Part shown: piece after piece, positions 1 to 9,905 of the stretch | How the letters are laid out: every line of letters begins with the position of its first letter | How positions within the stretch are numbered: the first letter of the stretch is position 1 | NCBI GenBank assembly: GCA_029061495.1 | Contig: JAIDRX010000123.1 | Coordinates: 1-56,626, forward strand | Length of the DNA: 56,626 bases | Source: Clostridia bacterium | GTDB lineage: Bacteria; Bacillota; Clostridia; Christensenellales; Borkfalkiaceae | Direction: 5' to 3' | Program-made: the position numbers and the translations under genes | The notes under the pieces: generated by a model | Told to the model about the DNA's origin: nothing | Seen by the model: the letters and a program-made list of their open reading frames with translations, nothing else | Database searches by the model: none

Positions 1-417
1 GCCATTTCTTCGGGCAAGATTAAAAAGGGCGACGTCGTCGTAATCCGCTATGAGGGTCCCAAGGGCGGACCCGGTATGCGCGAGATGCTTACCCCCACTT
101 CCGCTATCGTCGGCGCGGGTCTGGGCGCGGACGTAGCGTTGATTACGGACGGTAGATTTTCGGGCGCGACGCGCGGCGCGGCTATAGGACACGTCTGTCC
201 CGAAGCGGCAGTCGGCGGCGTTATCGGAATAGTTGAGGACGGAGACATCATAGATATAGATATAACAAACTGCAAAATTAACATGCGCTTAACAGACAAA
301 GAAATTTCAAAAAGGCTTAAACACTTTAAGCCGCTTGTAAAGCCTGTTGACGGTTACCTTGCAAGATACCGCGAGAGCGTAACCTCGGCTTCAAAGGGCG
401 CGATCAGAAAGAAATAG
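1..417 (+). CDS. ilvD: dihydroxy-acid dehydratase, C-terminal fragment (5' end outside window)
   Basis: Frame 1 is open from base 1. Translation [30 protein letters not shown]...[11 protein letters not shown]...GHVCPEAA matches the conserved IlvD C-terminus. Stop at 415-417. Confidence 0.93.
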   Translation, partial: AISSGKIKKGDVVVIRYEGPKGGPGMREMLTPTSAIVGAGLGADVALITDGRFSGATRGAAIGHVCPEAAVGGVIGIVEDGDIIDIDITNCKINMRLTDKEISKRLKHFKPLVKPVDGYLARYRESVTSASKGAIRKK

Positions 418-433
418 AATTAAAGGAAAAAAA

Positions 434-1207
434 TTGAAAACCAAGACCATTACTTTTAAAACCAAAAACGATATTATAAAAATAGACTGCGAGCTTATAT
501 CCTGCGCCGTTGAAATATGCGGCTCGGACGATTGTCTGCACATTGAAAAAAGCAAACACTCTCACATAAGGGTAAGCGAAAACGGCGGCATAGTAAAAAT
601 AAGACAGACGCGCAAACCGTTTTTTAAGAAAGCCGAATTGAAAATTTACATACCCGCGTTCTGCGTGCCAGATTTAGCGGTTGTATTGAACGGCGGAACG
701 GTTTCAATTACGCGCGGAATTTACGGCGATTTGTGCATAAAGTCACACGAGGCAGATATTAACCTTTCGCACTGCTCCTTCGTTAATGCGGATTTGAACT
801 GTGAAAATATCCGTCTGCACTGCAAAGACGTTTCCGTAAGAAACGCTCTCGACTGCACCGCAGTAAACGGCGAAGCTATAGTCGACGACAGCTTTTGCAT
901 GCAGCCCGACCTGCGCTTTAAAAGCGGAGCTATGGGAATTACCCGCCTTAAGTGCCGCAACGGATACTTTTCCGCAGACTGCGGCAGTATCAGTTTAAAT
1001 TTAAAGGGTTATAAAGAGGACTATTCAATAAGCTCGTTTACAAAATACGGAACGTGCAACTGCCCAGATACAAACGGCGGCAAGTACGGCGTTAAGGTCT
1101 ATACGGGAACGGGAAACATAATTATAGATTTTACCGATAAGAAGGAGACTGCGTTATATGGGAATGACTATGTCGCAGAAGATACTTGCCTCGCACGCGA
1201 AGCTTAA
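434..1207 (+). CDS. hypothetical Cys-rich protein, DUF4097-like repetitive beta-strand pattern (putative adhesin-fold protein)
   Basis: 257-aa ORF with TTG start 6-7 nt after AAGGA. Repeated 'G.v.I...' strand pattern and 19 Cys. Overlaps the leuC start by 50 nt. No family recognised with certainty. Confidence 0.45.
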   Translation: MKTKTITFKTKNDIIKIDCELISCAVEICGSDDCLHIEKSKHSHIRVSENGGIVKIRQTRKPFFKKAELKIYIPAFCVPDLAVVLNGGTVSITRGIYGDLCIKSHEADINLSHCSFVNADLNCENIRLHCKDVSVRNALDCTAVNGEAIVDDSFCMQPDLRFKSGAMGITRLKCRNGYFSADCGSISLNLKGYKEDYSISSFTKYGTCNCPDTNGGKYGVKVYTGTGNIIIDFTDKKETALYGNDYVAEDTCLAREA

Positions 1208-2411
1208 AGAGGTCAAGGCAGGACAGCTTATAAACGCAAAGCTCGATTTAGTGCTTGCAAACGACATTACGGGGCCCGTTGCCATAAACGAATTTAAAAA
1301 GGCGGGCGCAAAGCAAGTTGCGGACAATAAAAAAATTGCCCTCGTTATGGACCATTTTGCGCCAAACAAGGACATTAAAAGCGCGCAGCAGTGCAAAGCC
1401 TGCCGCGAATTTGCTTCCGAGCAAAAAATTGAAAACTTTTTCGATGTAGGAAAAATGGGCATAGAACACGCCCTCCTACCCGAGCAGGGACTTGTGGGCG
1501 CGGGCGACCTTGTAATAGGTGCGGACAGCCACACTTGTACTTACGGTGCTTTGGGCGCCTTTTCGACGGGTGTCGGCTCTACGGACATGTGCGCGGGAAT
1601 GATTAGCGGCGAGTGCTGGTTCAAGGTCCCCTCCGCCATTAAATTCGTACTTAAAGGAAAGCCAGCAAAATACATATGCGGCAAGGATATTATTTTACAT
1701 ATCATAGGGCTTATCGGCGTTGACGGCGCTCTCTATAAATCGATGGAGTTTACGGGCGACGGAATTAAATATCTTACTATCGACGACAGATTTACAATAT
1801 GTAATATGGCAATTGAAGCAGGCGCCAAAAACGGCATATTCCCCGTGGACGAAGTAACGCTCGATTATATGAAAAACCGCTTCAAGCGCGAGCCCGAAAT
1901 TTTCACGGCGGACGACGACGCGGAATACGAAGCCGTTTACGAGATAGACCTCTCTGCATTAAAGCCCACCGTCGCCTTCCCCCACCTTCCCGAAAACACG
2001 AAAACGGAATGGGGCGACATTAAAATCGACCAGGTTGTAATAGGCTCGTGCACAAACGGACATATATCAGATTTGCGCATTGCCGCGCAAATTTTGAAGG
2101 GCAGAAAGGTTGCCAAGAACGTGCGCGCTATTATTATCCCCGCCACTAACGAAATCTATTTGCAGGCGATTCACGAGGGTCTTGTGGATACATTCATTAA
2201 CGCGGGAGCGATAGTTTCGACCCCCACCTGCGGACCCTGCCTCGGCGGTTATATGGGTATACTTGCCGAAAACGAAAGGGCTGTTTCAACCACAAACCGC
2301 AACTTCGTCGGCAGAATGGGGCACACATCGAGCGAGGTGTACCTCGCCTCCCCCTACGTTGCGGCGGCTTCGGCTGTTACAGGTAAGCTTACAAGTCCGG
2401 AGGGGCTTTAA
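1158..2411 (+). CDS. leuC: 3-isopropylmalate dehydratase large subunit (short, archaeal/clostridial type)
   Basis: [14 protein letters not shown]... N-terminus and aconitase-family Cys motifs (GSCTNG, CGPCLG). GAAGGAG lies upstream. Confidence 0.95.
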   Translation: MGMTMSQKILASHAKLKEVKAGQLINAKLDLVLANDITGPVAINEFKKAGAKQVADNKKIALVMDHFAPNKDIKSAQQCKACREFASEQKIENFFDVGKMGIEHALLPEQGLVGAGDLVIGADSHTCTYGALGAFSTGVGSTDMCAGMISGECWFKVPSAIKFVLKGKPAKYICGKDIILHIIGLIGVDGALYKSMEFTGDGIKYLTIDDRFTICNMAIEAGAKNGIFPVDEVTLDYMKNRFKREPEIFTADDDAEYEAVYEIDLSALKPTVAFPHLPENTKTEWGDIKIDQVVIGSCTNGHISDLRIAAQILKGRKVAKNVRAIIIPATNEIYLQAIHEGLVDTFINAGAIVSTPTCGPCLGGYMGILAENERAVSTTNRNFVGRMGHTSSEVYLASPYVAAASAVTGKLTSPEGL

Positions 2412-2897
2412 ATGTTAAAAGGAAAAGTTTTTAAATACGGAAACGACGTCGACACCGACGTTATAATACCCGCAAGATACCTGAACACCTCTTCCGAAAA
2501 AGAGCTCGCCTCCCACTGTATGGAGGATATCGACGCGAAGTTCGTAAAAGAAGTTAAATGCGGCGATATAATCGTTGCGGGAGATAACTTTGGGTGCGGC
2601 TCCTCGCGCGAGCATGCGCCTATTGCCATAAAGGCGAGCGGAGTTTCGATAGTTATCGCAAACTCGTTTGCGCGCATTTTTTACCGCAATTCCATAAATA
2701 TAGGACTGCCTATTTTGGAGTGCCCCGAAGCGGTTGCGGCGATAAACGCGGGCGACACGGTAAGCGTAGAGCTTTCAAGCGGAGTTATCCGTAACGAAAC
2801 GACGGGGCAAAGCTTTAAGGCGCAGCCCTTCCCCAAATTTATTCAAAGTATTATCCGCGACGGCGGACTTTTAAAGCATCTGGCAAAAGGAAATTAA
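2412..2897 (+). CDS. leuD: 3-isopropylmalate dehydratase small subunit
   Basis: 161 aa with [16 protein letters not shown] and [13 protein letters not shown] motifs. Starts immediately after the leuC stop. Confidence 0.95.
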   Translation: MLKGKVFKYGNDVDTDVIIPARYLNTSSEKELASHCMEDIDAKFVKEVKCGDIIVAGDNFGCGSSREHAPIAIKASGVSIVIANSFARIFYRNSINIGLPILECPEAVAAINAGDTVSVELSSGVIRNETTGQSFKAQPFPKFIQSIIRDGGLLKHLAKGN

Positions 2898-2899
2898 TT

Positions 2900-3961
2900 A
2901 TGAATTACAATATAACCGTTCTCGACGGCGACGGAATAGGCCCCGAAATTTGCGCAGGGGCAATTAAAGTTTTACAAAAGATCGGGGAAAAGTTCGGACA
3001 CAAATTCAACTTTACGCATCTGCCCATAGGCGGCTGTGCGATAGACGAATGCGGCGTTCCCCTCCCCGAAAAAACTGTGGAAGGCTGCCTTAAGAGCGAC
3101 AGTGTGCTTTTGGGCGCGGTGGGCGGTCCCAAGTGGGACAACCTTGCCGTTGACGTCCGCCCCGAAAAAGGGCTTTTGGGAATAAGAAAGGCTATGGGGC
3201 TGTACTCCAACATCCGCCCCGCAAAGCTTTGGAAAAGCCTTGCAAACGCCTCTCCCCTTAAATACGAGCTTGTAAAGGACGGCATCGAAATTATAATCGT
3301 GCGCGAGCTGACGGGCGGAATTTACTTCGGCGAGAGGGCAAGCGGCGATAACTGGGCTACGGATACCGAAAAGTACTCGGTTGCGGAAATAGAGCGTATA
3401 ACAAAAATTGCGTGCGAACTTGCTTTAAAGCGCAAAAAGCAAATAGTTTCCGTGGATAAAGCTAACGTTTTAGCCTCCTCTCGCCTTTGGAGAAAGACCG
3501 TGCACGAGTACTGCGAAAAGAACTACCCCGAAATCGAAGTCAAAGACGTGCTTGTGGACAATATGGCTATGCAGATAGTAAAAGACCCCGCGCAGTTTGA
3601 CGTCGTTGTAACGAGCAACCTTTTCGGCGACATTCTCTCTGACGAGGCGGCGCAAGTTACGGGCTCTATCGGCATGCTGGCTTCTTCCTCTTTAGGCGAC
3701 ACTAAGTGCGGTCTATACGAGCCTATTCACGGCTCCGCCCCCGACATCGCGGGCAAAGATATCGCAAACCCGATTGCAACTATTCTTGCCGCGGCAATGA
3801 TGCTTAGGGACAGCTTTAACCTTTCAAAAGAGTACACGGCGATAGAAAGCGCTATTCAAGGCGTTTTAGACGAAAACTACCGTACCGCAGACATTATGGA
3901 GGACGGCAAAATTAAGGTAAGCGGCAGTAAAATGGCGCAGCTTATAGCGGAAAAAATATGA
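2900..3961 (+). CDS. leuB: 3-isopropylmalate dehydrogenase
   Basis: 353 aa with the GDGIGPE N-terminal motif and NLFGDILSDEAA signature of isocitrate/isopropylmalate dehydrogenases. Confidence 0.95.
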   Translation: MNYNITVLDGDGIGPEICAGAIKVLQKIGEKFGHKFNFTHLPIGGCAIDECGVPLPEKTVEGCLKSDSVLLGAVGGPKWDNLAVDVRPEKGLLGIRKAMGLYSNIRPAKLWKSLANASPLKYELVKDGIEIIIVRELTGGIYFGERASGDNWATDTEKYSVAEIERITKIACELALKRKKQIVSVDKANVLASSRLWRKTVHEYCEKNYPEIEVKDVLVDNMAMQIVKDPAQFDVVVTSNLFGDILSDEAAQVTGSIGMLASSSLGDTKCGLYEPIHGSAPDIAGKDIANPIATILAAAMMLRDSFNLSKEYTAIESAIQGVLDENYRTADIMEDGKIKVSGSKMAQLIAEKI

Positions 3962-4629
3962 TAGAACAAAACGTAAAAAATTTACTTACCGAAATTCCAG
4001 ATAAAAACCCCTTCGGCGAAAAGGTAACTTTGGTTGCGGCGATAAAATTGCAACAACCAGACGACATAAACCGCGCAATTGCCGCAGGGATAACCGATAT
4101 AGGCGACAACCACGTTCAGGAATTTAAGGACAAGTACGACTTTATAAACGGCACACCCCGCCGCCACTTTATAGGGCATTTGCAGACCAATAAAATTAAG
4201 TACATTTTGGGAAAGGTTGACCTTTACCACTCCGTGGACAGGCTTAACCTTGCCGAGGAGCTTTCAAAGCGGAGCGAAAACGCTCAAATTACTTCAAATA
4301 TCTTATTGCAGATAAATATCGGCAACGAGGAGACAAAGGGCGGCTTCGGGTTTGACGAGGCGGAAAGCGCGTATGAAAGTGTAAAAAAATTGCCTGCGCT
4401 CAAAATTAAGGGGCTTATGGCAATGCTCCCTTTTACGGACGATACGGCTTTGCTCAAAAGCCTTGCAAGCCATATGCGCGGACTATACGACAAGCTGAAA
4501 CAAAAGGACGGTAACTTCGAGTACCTTTCAATGGGAATGAGCGGAGATTGGAAGCTCTGCGTAGAGTGCGGAAGCAATATGATAAGGTTGGGGACTTGCA
4601 TTTTCGGTGCAAGAAATTATAATAAATAA
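3958..4629 (+). CDS. yggS: YggS-family pyridoxal-phosphate homeostasis protein
   Basis: 223 aa. ATGA overlap with leuB. HFIGHLQTNK and MGMSGD motifs are typical of YggS/PROSC. Confidence 0.85.
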   Translation: MIEQNVKNLLTEIPDKNPFGEKVTLVAAIKLQQPDDINRAIAAGITDIGDNHVQEFKDKYDFINGTPRRHFIGHLQTNKIKYILGKVDLYHSVDRLNLAEELSKRSENAQITSNILLQINIGNEETKGGFGFDEAESAYESVKKLPALKIKGLMAMLPFTDDTALLKSLASHMRGLYDKLKQKDGNFEYLSMGMSGDWKLCVECGSNMIRLGTCIFGARNYNK

Positions 4630-4633
4630 ATTA

Positions 4634-4660
4634 AAGCCGTGGCTTTTGCTACGGCTTTTT
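4634..4660 (+). terminator. rho-independent terminator of the leu-yggS operon
   Basis: AGCCGT...ACGGCT stem followed by TTTTTT. Confidence 0.7.
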
Positions 4661-4692
4661 TGTGCGCCGCAGAGCATATGTTCTGCGGCGCA
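4661..4692. repeat. 32-bp near-perfect palindrome GTGCGCCGCAGA-GCATATGT-TCTGCGGCGCAC
   Basis: 12-bp perfect arms around a CATATG core. Related in design to the palindrome at 19163-19194. Confidence 0.8.
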
Positions 4693-4768
4693 CTTTGGTA
4701 GATTTTGACAAAATACGAAAGCAATTTTCAATTTTGTGCAGGTTGCACAAGTGTTTTTGTTCTGTGTT

Positions 4769-4797
4769 ATTTACTTTGCAAAATTACGGGTGTATAA
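4769..4797 (+). promoter_or_regulatory. putative sigma-A promoter of the pectate-lyase-like gene
   Basis: TTTACT-17 nt-TATAAT, about 55 nt upstream of the ATG at 4852. Confidence 0.5.
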
Positions 4798-4851
4798 TAA
4801 TTATATAATAATGTTATGAAGTGGCATTATGGCCGCTTCAAAGGGGTAGAA

Positions 4852-7800
4852 ATGAAAATTCTGAAAAAGACTTTCAGATTTTTTGCGGTTGCTCTGCTGA
4901 TTGCAATTCTTGCATTCTCCTTTACTGCCTGCAAAAAAGATGATAAAAGCGGCTCCGGAAAAGGACCCGAAACTCCCAGCGATCAGCAGCCGGGTGAACA
5001 GAAACCTGGCGAGCAGAAACCCTCCACTCCCCCCGACGAGGGCAAAGATCCCGTAGATACTACGGTACAGTACACCGTAACGTTTGCAAACGTTGAAGGC
5101 GATACATACGCTCCCATTAAGGTAAACAAAAACGGCACTGTAACGGTAAAGGCGCCCGAGCGCAGCGACGCAATCTTTTTAGGTTGGTACATGGACGCAG
5201 GGTTTACCGCACCGTTTACAGTAGGCGCGACGAAAATCACCGCGGACACCACGCTTTACGCTAAGTGGAAAAACAAAAGCTCGAGCGGCGAAACCGTAAA
5301 ATATACGGTATCGTTCAACTCCGACGGCGGTAGCGAAGTTGCACAGCAGTCCGTTGAAGAGGGAAAATGCGCTTTCAATCCCGTTGCTCCCGTACGCGGA
5401 GGCTATCAGTTTAAGGGCTGGTACCTTAACGGCGCTAAATACGACTTTAACAACGTTATTACCGGAAATATAACGCTTGTTGCAACGTGGGAAAAACTCG
5501 ACGCTAAAGTTCAGGCATACGGCGGATATAACGAGAGCCTGTATGTTGAATGGTCGGAAGGTGCTCCTTCTCAAGCTTCCGTACAGTATAAATTGTCAGA
5601 CGCGAACACTTGGATAAACGTTGACAGCGAGCTTATCCGCTCGGTAGGCAGCGGCGTTGCAAGAGTTGACGCGGTAGGTCTTAAAGCGGGCGATTACGAC
5701 GTAAAAATTCAGCCTTCGGGCGGCGCAAGCGCTATCGAGCTTAATGAAATTTCAGTTACCGCATACGACCGTTCGGGTTATGCGCACTTTAAATACACCG
5801 ACGGTGTCGGTGCGTACAACGACGACGGTACACTTAAAGACAACGCTATCGTAATTTACGTAACAGAAGAAAATAAAGATTACGTTATGCGCGACGCAGT
5901 TGCAAAGTATCCCGAATTAAATATGTTCCAGATTCCCACCTATCCCGGCACTACCGGTAAAGACTGGGGACACAAAGACGCTGACGGCATAGGCTGGTGG
6001 CTAAACAACGCCCAGTATATGATGAGCAATAACGGCAGCAAAAAGAACAAGCGTCCCAGTAACACGTATGATGCGGCTAACGGAAAGAATTTGGCATTTA
6101 TGCAGGTAAACGATACTCACCCCATCGCTATAAGATTTATCGGTAAAGTTACAGTTCCTGAAGGCTGCACGGCTTCCAACAATGAAGACGAAGGCGGATT
6201 AGTTGGTGACGGCGGCTATATGGCACGTATGAAGAATATGAAGAACGTTACCCTCGAAGGAATTGGCGACGACGCCGAAATTTTCGGCTGGGGCTTCCAC
6301 TTCCTTGCAGGTTCGGACGCAGTCAACGGTCAGGGCAAGAGCTTCGAAGTAAGAAACCTTTTGTTCAACAAATACGTTGAAGACGCTGTCGGAATGGAAG
6401 GCGTTCAAGAAGGCGGTAAAATCACCGGTTCTGTTGACAGGTGCTGGATACACAACAACTCCTTCCTCCCCGGTGACGGTACAGCAGGCGGAACACAGTC
6501 GGCGACGGAAAGTGACAAGAAAGAAGGCGACGGCAGTATCGACTTCAAGCGCGGCGAGTACTTAACAAGCTCATACAACTACTTCGCCGACTGTCATAAG
6601 ACCGGACTTATCGGTTCGAGCGACAGCAGCTTACAGTACAACATAACAATGCATCATAACTGGTGGCATAACTGCGGTTCGCGTACTCCTCTTGCAAGAC
6701 AGGCAAACATCCACTTCTACAACAACTATATATCCACGGACTGCGTTGACGGTAAACCCGATATAAGCTACGTTCACTCGGTAAGAGCAAACTCGTATAT
6801 ATTCAGTGAAAGCAACTACTATTTCGGATGCAAAGCAGTTACAAGTGAATCTTCTACAACAAGTAAATCCTGGAACAATGCTTTCGTCGGATGTACGGGA
6901 AATAACGGTTTTGTAATTGCTAAAACGCGTACTGAAGCAACTTCAAATAATTGTACGCATTTCAGCGGAACGAGTTATAAAACCTTCGATACAAATCCCG
7001 ATTTGTTCTACTACGATACCGTTTCGGGTCAAAGCAAATGCCTTATGGATACCCCCGTTGCGGCAAGGCAAAAAGCATTACAATATGCAGGCAGAAACGG
7101 TTGGGGCAAAAATAACCCTAAAAAGCAAAGCTCGTCAATGGCAAGAAACGACCAGATGAACCTTTCTACCCCCACCGCGGCAATTCCGGTTCCCGACGAA
7201 GGAACCTTAACGGTAGACTTCAGTAACCCTCCCGCAGGTTTAAAACTCGGAGGCAAATTAACTAAAGGTGAAATGAAAGCCAACGGAGAACAGTTAGCCG
7301 TATTTATGTTGGCGGAAGAAGCTGAAGTAACTTTCTCCTCGTCAACCTCCGGCGAAAACGCTCCCAGCCTTATAGATTCATACGGAACACCCTACGCAAT
7401 TCAAGTTTCAAACGAAACGACCGTGGTTCTTCCTGCAGGAATATATATCATATTCGGCAGAATGGATTTCGAGTATAAAGATTGCACTTTGTCTACCCTC
7501 TCGTTTAAATCGACCGGTAATACACAGGCTAAGTTTGATAATTTGAACGAAGCTATCAATGCGATAGGCACGGTAACCCTTTCGAGCCAAGCGGCAATTG
7601 ATAATGCTCAAACGCTGTTAGACGCCTTGAAGGTTGATGAAATTGCAGAGTTCGACGCGGCTTACCCCGGTCAGCGCGATAAGATTGCAGCTGCGCAAAG
7701 CACCTACAACGACCTTAAGGTTCAAAACGTAATAACGCTTATTAACAATATCGGAACCGTTGACGATAACAGCTACCCCGCTATTGAAGCGGCGCGCACC

Positions 7801-8622
7801 GCTTACAACGCACTTAACGCGACGTTGCAGAGCAGAGTTACAAACTACTCTACCCTCACCGCTGCGGAAGATGCTTGGGCTAACAGAGCTGTTACCGCAA
7901 TAAACAACCAGATCAGCGCCCTTGCAGATCCTTCTACGGTAAGCAGTGAAAGCGATATAAACGCATTGCTTGCAAATTATAACAGCGTTAAGTCGGCATA
8001 CGATAAATTGACCGCCGAACAGCAGAACTCAGTTACAAATTATAGTAAAGTAACTTCAGGTATCACCCAGCTCAATGCAGCGCTTGTACCTTACAGCGTA
8101 AGAGATATGATTGCGGCGCTCCCCGCAAAAGCAAACGTAACGCTTGCAGACGCAAGCAACGTAACTGCGGCGCGTACCGCTTACGATAACCTTACCGCAG
8201 ATCAGAAAACGCTTGTAGGTGACATAACAAAGCTTACCGAAGCTGAAGAGGCTATTCAAGCCCTACAAGAAGCTACTACCGTTGCAATATTTACAAAGGA
8301 TGACACCTCGCTTGCCGGAGACTTTACTGTAAGCGGTAAGTACAACTCTAACGGAACCTTTGAATATAACGGAGAAACGTATAATGCACCGTTAAAATTA
8401 GAGTCAAGCACAAGCGTAACGTTTAATACCGCTGGTACCCAGAAGCTGACGCTTAAAATAGGTACGAAGGGCGGTCAGTTAAAAGTAGACGGCACAGTTT
8501 ATAAAGACGACGACGGCGACGGGTTTATTGTAATAAACAACCTTGCCGCAGGCAGCCACGAGATTACCAAAGCCAGCGGAGACCCCAACCTCTGCTACGC
8601 TGTACTTGAAGCTGCTTCATAA
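4852..8622 (+). CDS. large secreted lipoprotein: Listeria-Bacteroides repeats, PL1-like pectate lyase beta-helix, C-terminal helical repeats and a CBM-like domain
   Basis: The ORF is open from 4816, but AAGGGG lies 5 nt before the ATG at 4852. Lipobox LAFSFTAC. Two 'YTVTF...GW(Y)...FxxxITxDxTLYAKW' repeats. Pectate-lyase motifs CWIHNNSF, DGSIDFKRG and HHNWWHNCGSRTPLARQANIHFYNNY. Confidence 0.85.
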   Translation: MKILKKTFRFFAVALLIAILAFSFTACKKDDKSGSGKGPETPSDQQPGEQKPGEQKPSTPPDEGKDPVDTTVQYTVTFANVEGDTYAPIKVNKNGTVTVKAPERSDAIFLGWYMDAGFTAPFTVGATKITADTTLYAKWKNKSSSGETVKYTVSFNSDGGSEVAQQSVEEGKCAFNPVAPVRGGYQFKGWYLNGAKYDFNNVITGNITLVATWEKLDAKVQAYGGYNESLYVEWSEGAPSQASVQYKLSDANTWINVDSELIRSVGSGVARVDAVGLKAGDYDVKIQPSGGASAIELNEISVTAYDRSGYAHFKYTDGVGAYNDDGTLKDNAIVIYVTEENKDYVMRDAVAKYPELNMFQIPTYPGTTGKDWGHKDADGIGWWLNNAQYMMSNNGSKKNKRPSNTYDAANGKNLAFMQVNDTHPIAIRFIGKVTVPEGCTASNNEDEGGLVGDGGYMARMKNMKNVTLEGIGDDAEIFGWGFHFLAGSDAVNGQGKSFEVRNLLFNKYVEDAVGMEGVQEGGKITGSVDRCWIHNNSFLPGDGTAGGTQSATESDKKEGDGSIDFKRGEYLTSSYNYFADCHKTGLIGSSDSSLQYNITMHHNWWHNCGSRTPLARQANIHFYNNYISTDCVDGKPDISYVHSVRANSYIFSESNYYFGCKAVTSESSTTSKSWNNAFVGCTGNNGFVIAKTRTEATSNNCTHFSGTSYKTFDTNPDLFYYDTVSGQSKCLMDTPVAARQKALQYAGRNGWGKNNPKKQSSSMARNDQMNLSTPTAAIPVPDEGTLTVDFSNPPAGLKLGGKLTKGEMKANGEQLAVFMLAEEAEVTFSSSTSGENAPSLIDSYGTPYAIQVSNETTVVLPAGIYIIFGRMDFEYKDCTLSTLSFKSTGNTQAKFDNLNEAINAIGTVTLSSQAAIDNAQTLLDALKVDEIAEFDAAYPGQRDKIAAAQSTYNDLKVQNVITLINNIGTVDDNSYPAIEAARTAYNALNATLQSRVTNYSTLTAAEDAWANRAVTAINNQISALADPSTVSSESDINALLANYNSVKSAYDKLTAEQQNSVTNYSKVTSGITQLNAALVPYSVRDMIAALPAKANVTLADASNVTAARTAYDNLTADQKTLVGDITKLTEAEEAIQALQEATTVAIFTKDDTSLAGDFTVSGKYNSNGTFEYNGETYNAPLKLESSTSVTFNTAGTQKLTLKIGTKGGQLKVDGTVYKDDDGDGFIVINNLAAGSHEITKASGDPNLCYAVLEAAS

Positions 8623-8646
8623 GTAAACAAATGCTATAACACAAAA

Positions 8647-8676
8647 CAGGCTTCCCTTATGGGAAGCCTGTTTTTT
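8647..8676 (+). terminator. rho-independent terminator
   Basis: CAGGCTTCCC-TTAT-GGGAAGCCTG followed by TTTTTT. Confidence 0.85.
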
Positions 8677-8754
8677 AGTGCATATGATTTTAAACGCATA
8701 TAGCGCAAAACCTTTATAAATAAGTGCGCGGTACATATGTATAAAAGCGCATAA

Positions 8755-8785
8755 AAAAACAGCCCCGATAAAGGGCTGTTTTTAT
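8755..8785 (-). terminator. terminator of the rpsF-ssb-rpsR operon
   Basis: CAGCCC...GGGCTG hairpin flanked by A/T runs, just downstream of the rpsR stop. Confidence 0.75.
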
Positions 8786-8792
8786 TTTTAAT

Positions 8793-9050
8793 TTACTCTG
8801 CTTTAAAAGGAAGCAGCGCAGCTATTCTTGCGCGCTTGATTGCCGTAGACAATTCGCGCTGATGCTTTGCGCAAGTACCGGTCATTCTGCGGGGCATAAT
8901 TTTGCCGCTTTCCGCTACGAACTTCTTTAAACGGGCTACGTCCTTGAAGTCGATTTCGGCTACCTTTTCCTGACAGAATACGCAAACCTTTTTGCGGGGT
9001 ACTCTTTTATAGCTCTTTTTAGCGGGAGCTGCTGTTTTATTTTCTTCCAT
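8793..9050 (-). CDS. rpsR: 30S ribosomal protein S18
   Basis: 85 aa with the CVFCQ...IDFKDV..LKKF..E.GKI.PRR.TG.CAKHQR signature. Confidence 0.97.
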   Translation of the reverse strand: MEENKTAAPAKKSYKRVPRKKVCVFCQEKVAEIDFKDVARLKKFVAESGKIMPRRMTGTCAKHQRELSTAIKRARIAALLPFKAE

Positions 9051-9067
9051 ATTATAAACTCCTTAAA

Positions 9068-9481
9068 TTAGAAGGGTATATCGCTGTCGTCGTCAAACGC
9101 CTGCAAACTTGCCCTCTTCTTTTCTGCGGGTGCGGGAGCGTCATAATTTCCGTCCCCCTGCGTACCCTTCGGCGTAAGGAACTCTACGTCCTGCGCCACA
9201 ACGTCTATACCCGTGCGCTTAACGCCCTGGCTGTCCTCGTAATTTCTAAGCTCAATAGAGCCGCTTACGGCGACCTTGTTGCCCTTTTTAGCGTAACGCG
9301 CAACCGTTTCGCCAAGACCGCGCCATGCAACTATGTTGAAAAAGTCGGTCTTTCTTTCACCGTCCGCTCCTGCGTAGTTTCTGTTAACCGCAATTGCAAA
9401 GCGGCAAACGGATACGCCTGAGGTGGTTTCGGTCAATTCGGGATCACGGGTTAAATTACCTATTAAAAATACTTTGTTCAT
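9068..9481 (-). CDS. ssb: single-stranded DNA-binding protein
   Basis: MNKVFLIGNLTRDPEL... OB fold and acidic C-terminal tail DDDSDIPF. Confidence 0.97.
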   Translation of the reverse strand: MNKVFLIGNLTRDPELTETTSGVSVCRFAIAVNRNYAGADGERKTDFFNIVAWRGLGETVARYAKKGNKVAVSGSIELRNYEDSQGVKRTGIDVVAQDVEFLTPKGTQGDGNYDAPAPAEKKRASLQAFDDDSDIPF

Positions 9482-9496
9482 CTTTTCATTCGTTCC

Positions 9497-9781
9497 TTAA
9501 TCTTTTACGGTTATCATTCTTCTTAAAACTTCGGACGAAAGACCTGCAACTCTGTCAAGCTCTTTCACTACCGCAGCTTCCGCTTCGAAAGTCATTAATA
9601 CGTAATAGCCGTCGTTTTTATAGTTGATAGGATACGCCAGCTTTTTTACGCCCCACTTGTCAGTGGAAACGACTTTACCGTTTGCAGCCGTAACAACGTC
9701 TTCAAACTTTTTTACGAACGCGTCCTTTGCCTCGTCGGTTGCGGCTGCGTCCAAAACGTAAAGCATTTCGTAAGTTTTCAT
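9497..9781 (-). CDS. rpsF: 30S ribosomal protein S6
   Basis: MKTYEMLYVL... 94 aa, in the conserved rpsF-ssb-rpsR order. Confidence 0.96.
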   Translation of the reverse strand: MKTYEMLYVLDAAATDEAKDAFVKKFEDVVTAANGKVVSTDKWGVKKLAYPINYKNDGYYVLMTFEAEAAVVKELDRVAGLSSEVLRRMITVKD

Positions 9782-9805
9782 AAATTCACCTCCCGGACTT
9801 AATCG

Positions 9806-9825
9806 GCATACCTCCTACGGTATGC
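9806..9825 (-). promoter_or_regulatory. 5'-UTR hairpin of rpsF, a possible S6:S18 autoregulatory leader
   Basis: GCATACC-GTAGGA-GGTATGC hairpin between the predicted transcription start and the SD (GGGAGG). The functional assignment is inference only. Confidence 0.3.
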
Positions 9826-9836
9826 AAGGTTATTTT

Positions 9837-9865
9837 ATTATAAAATATTTGCCCCCATATGTCAA
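9837..9865 (-). promoter_or_regulatory. consensus sigma-A promoter of rpsF-ssb-rpsR
   Basis: Minus strand reads TTGACA-17 nt-TATAAT. The -35 box sits inside the hairpin TTGCCCCC...GGGGGCAA (9849-9887), which follows the upstream gene. Confidence 0.8.
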
Positions 9866-9905
9866 ACGATTTGACCGTCGGGGGCAATACAATTTTTTAT
9901 TAGCT

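Noticed and set aside
1154-1534. 126-aa minus-strand ORF (also 1248-1469)
   Set aside because: It is antisense to leuC and has no supporting signals.
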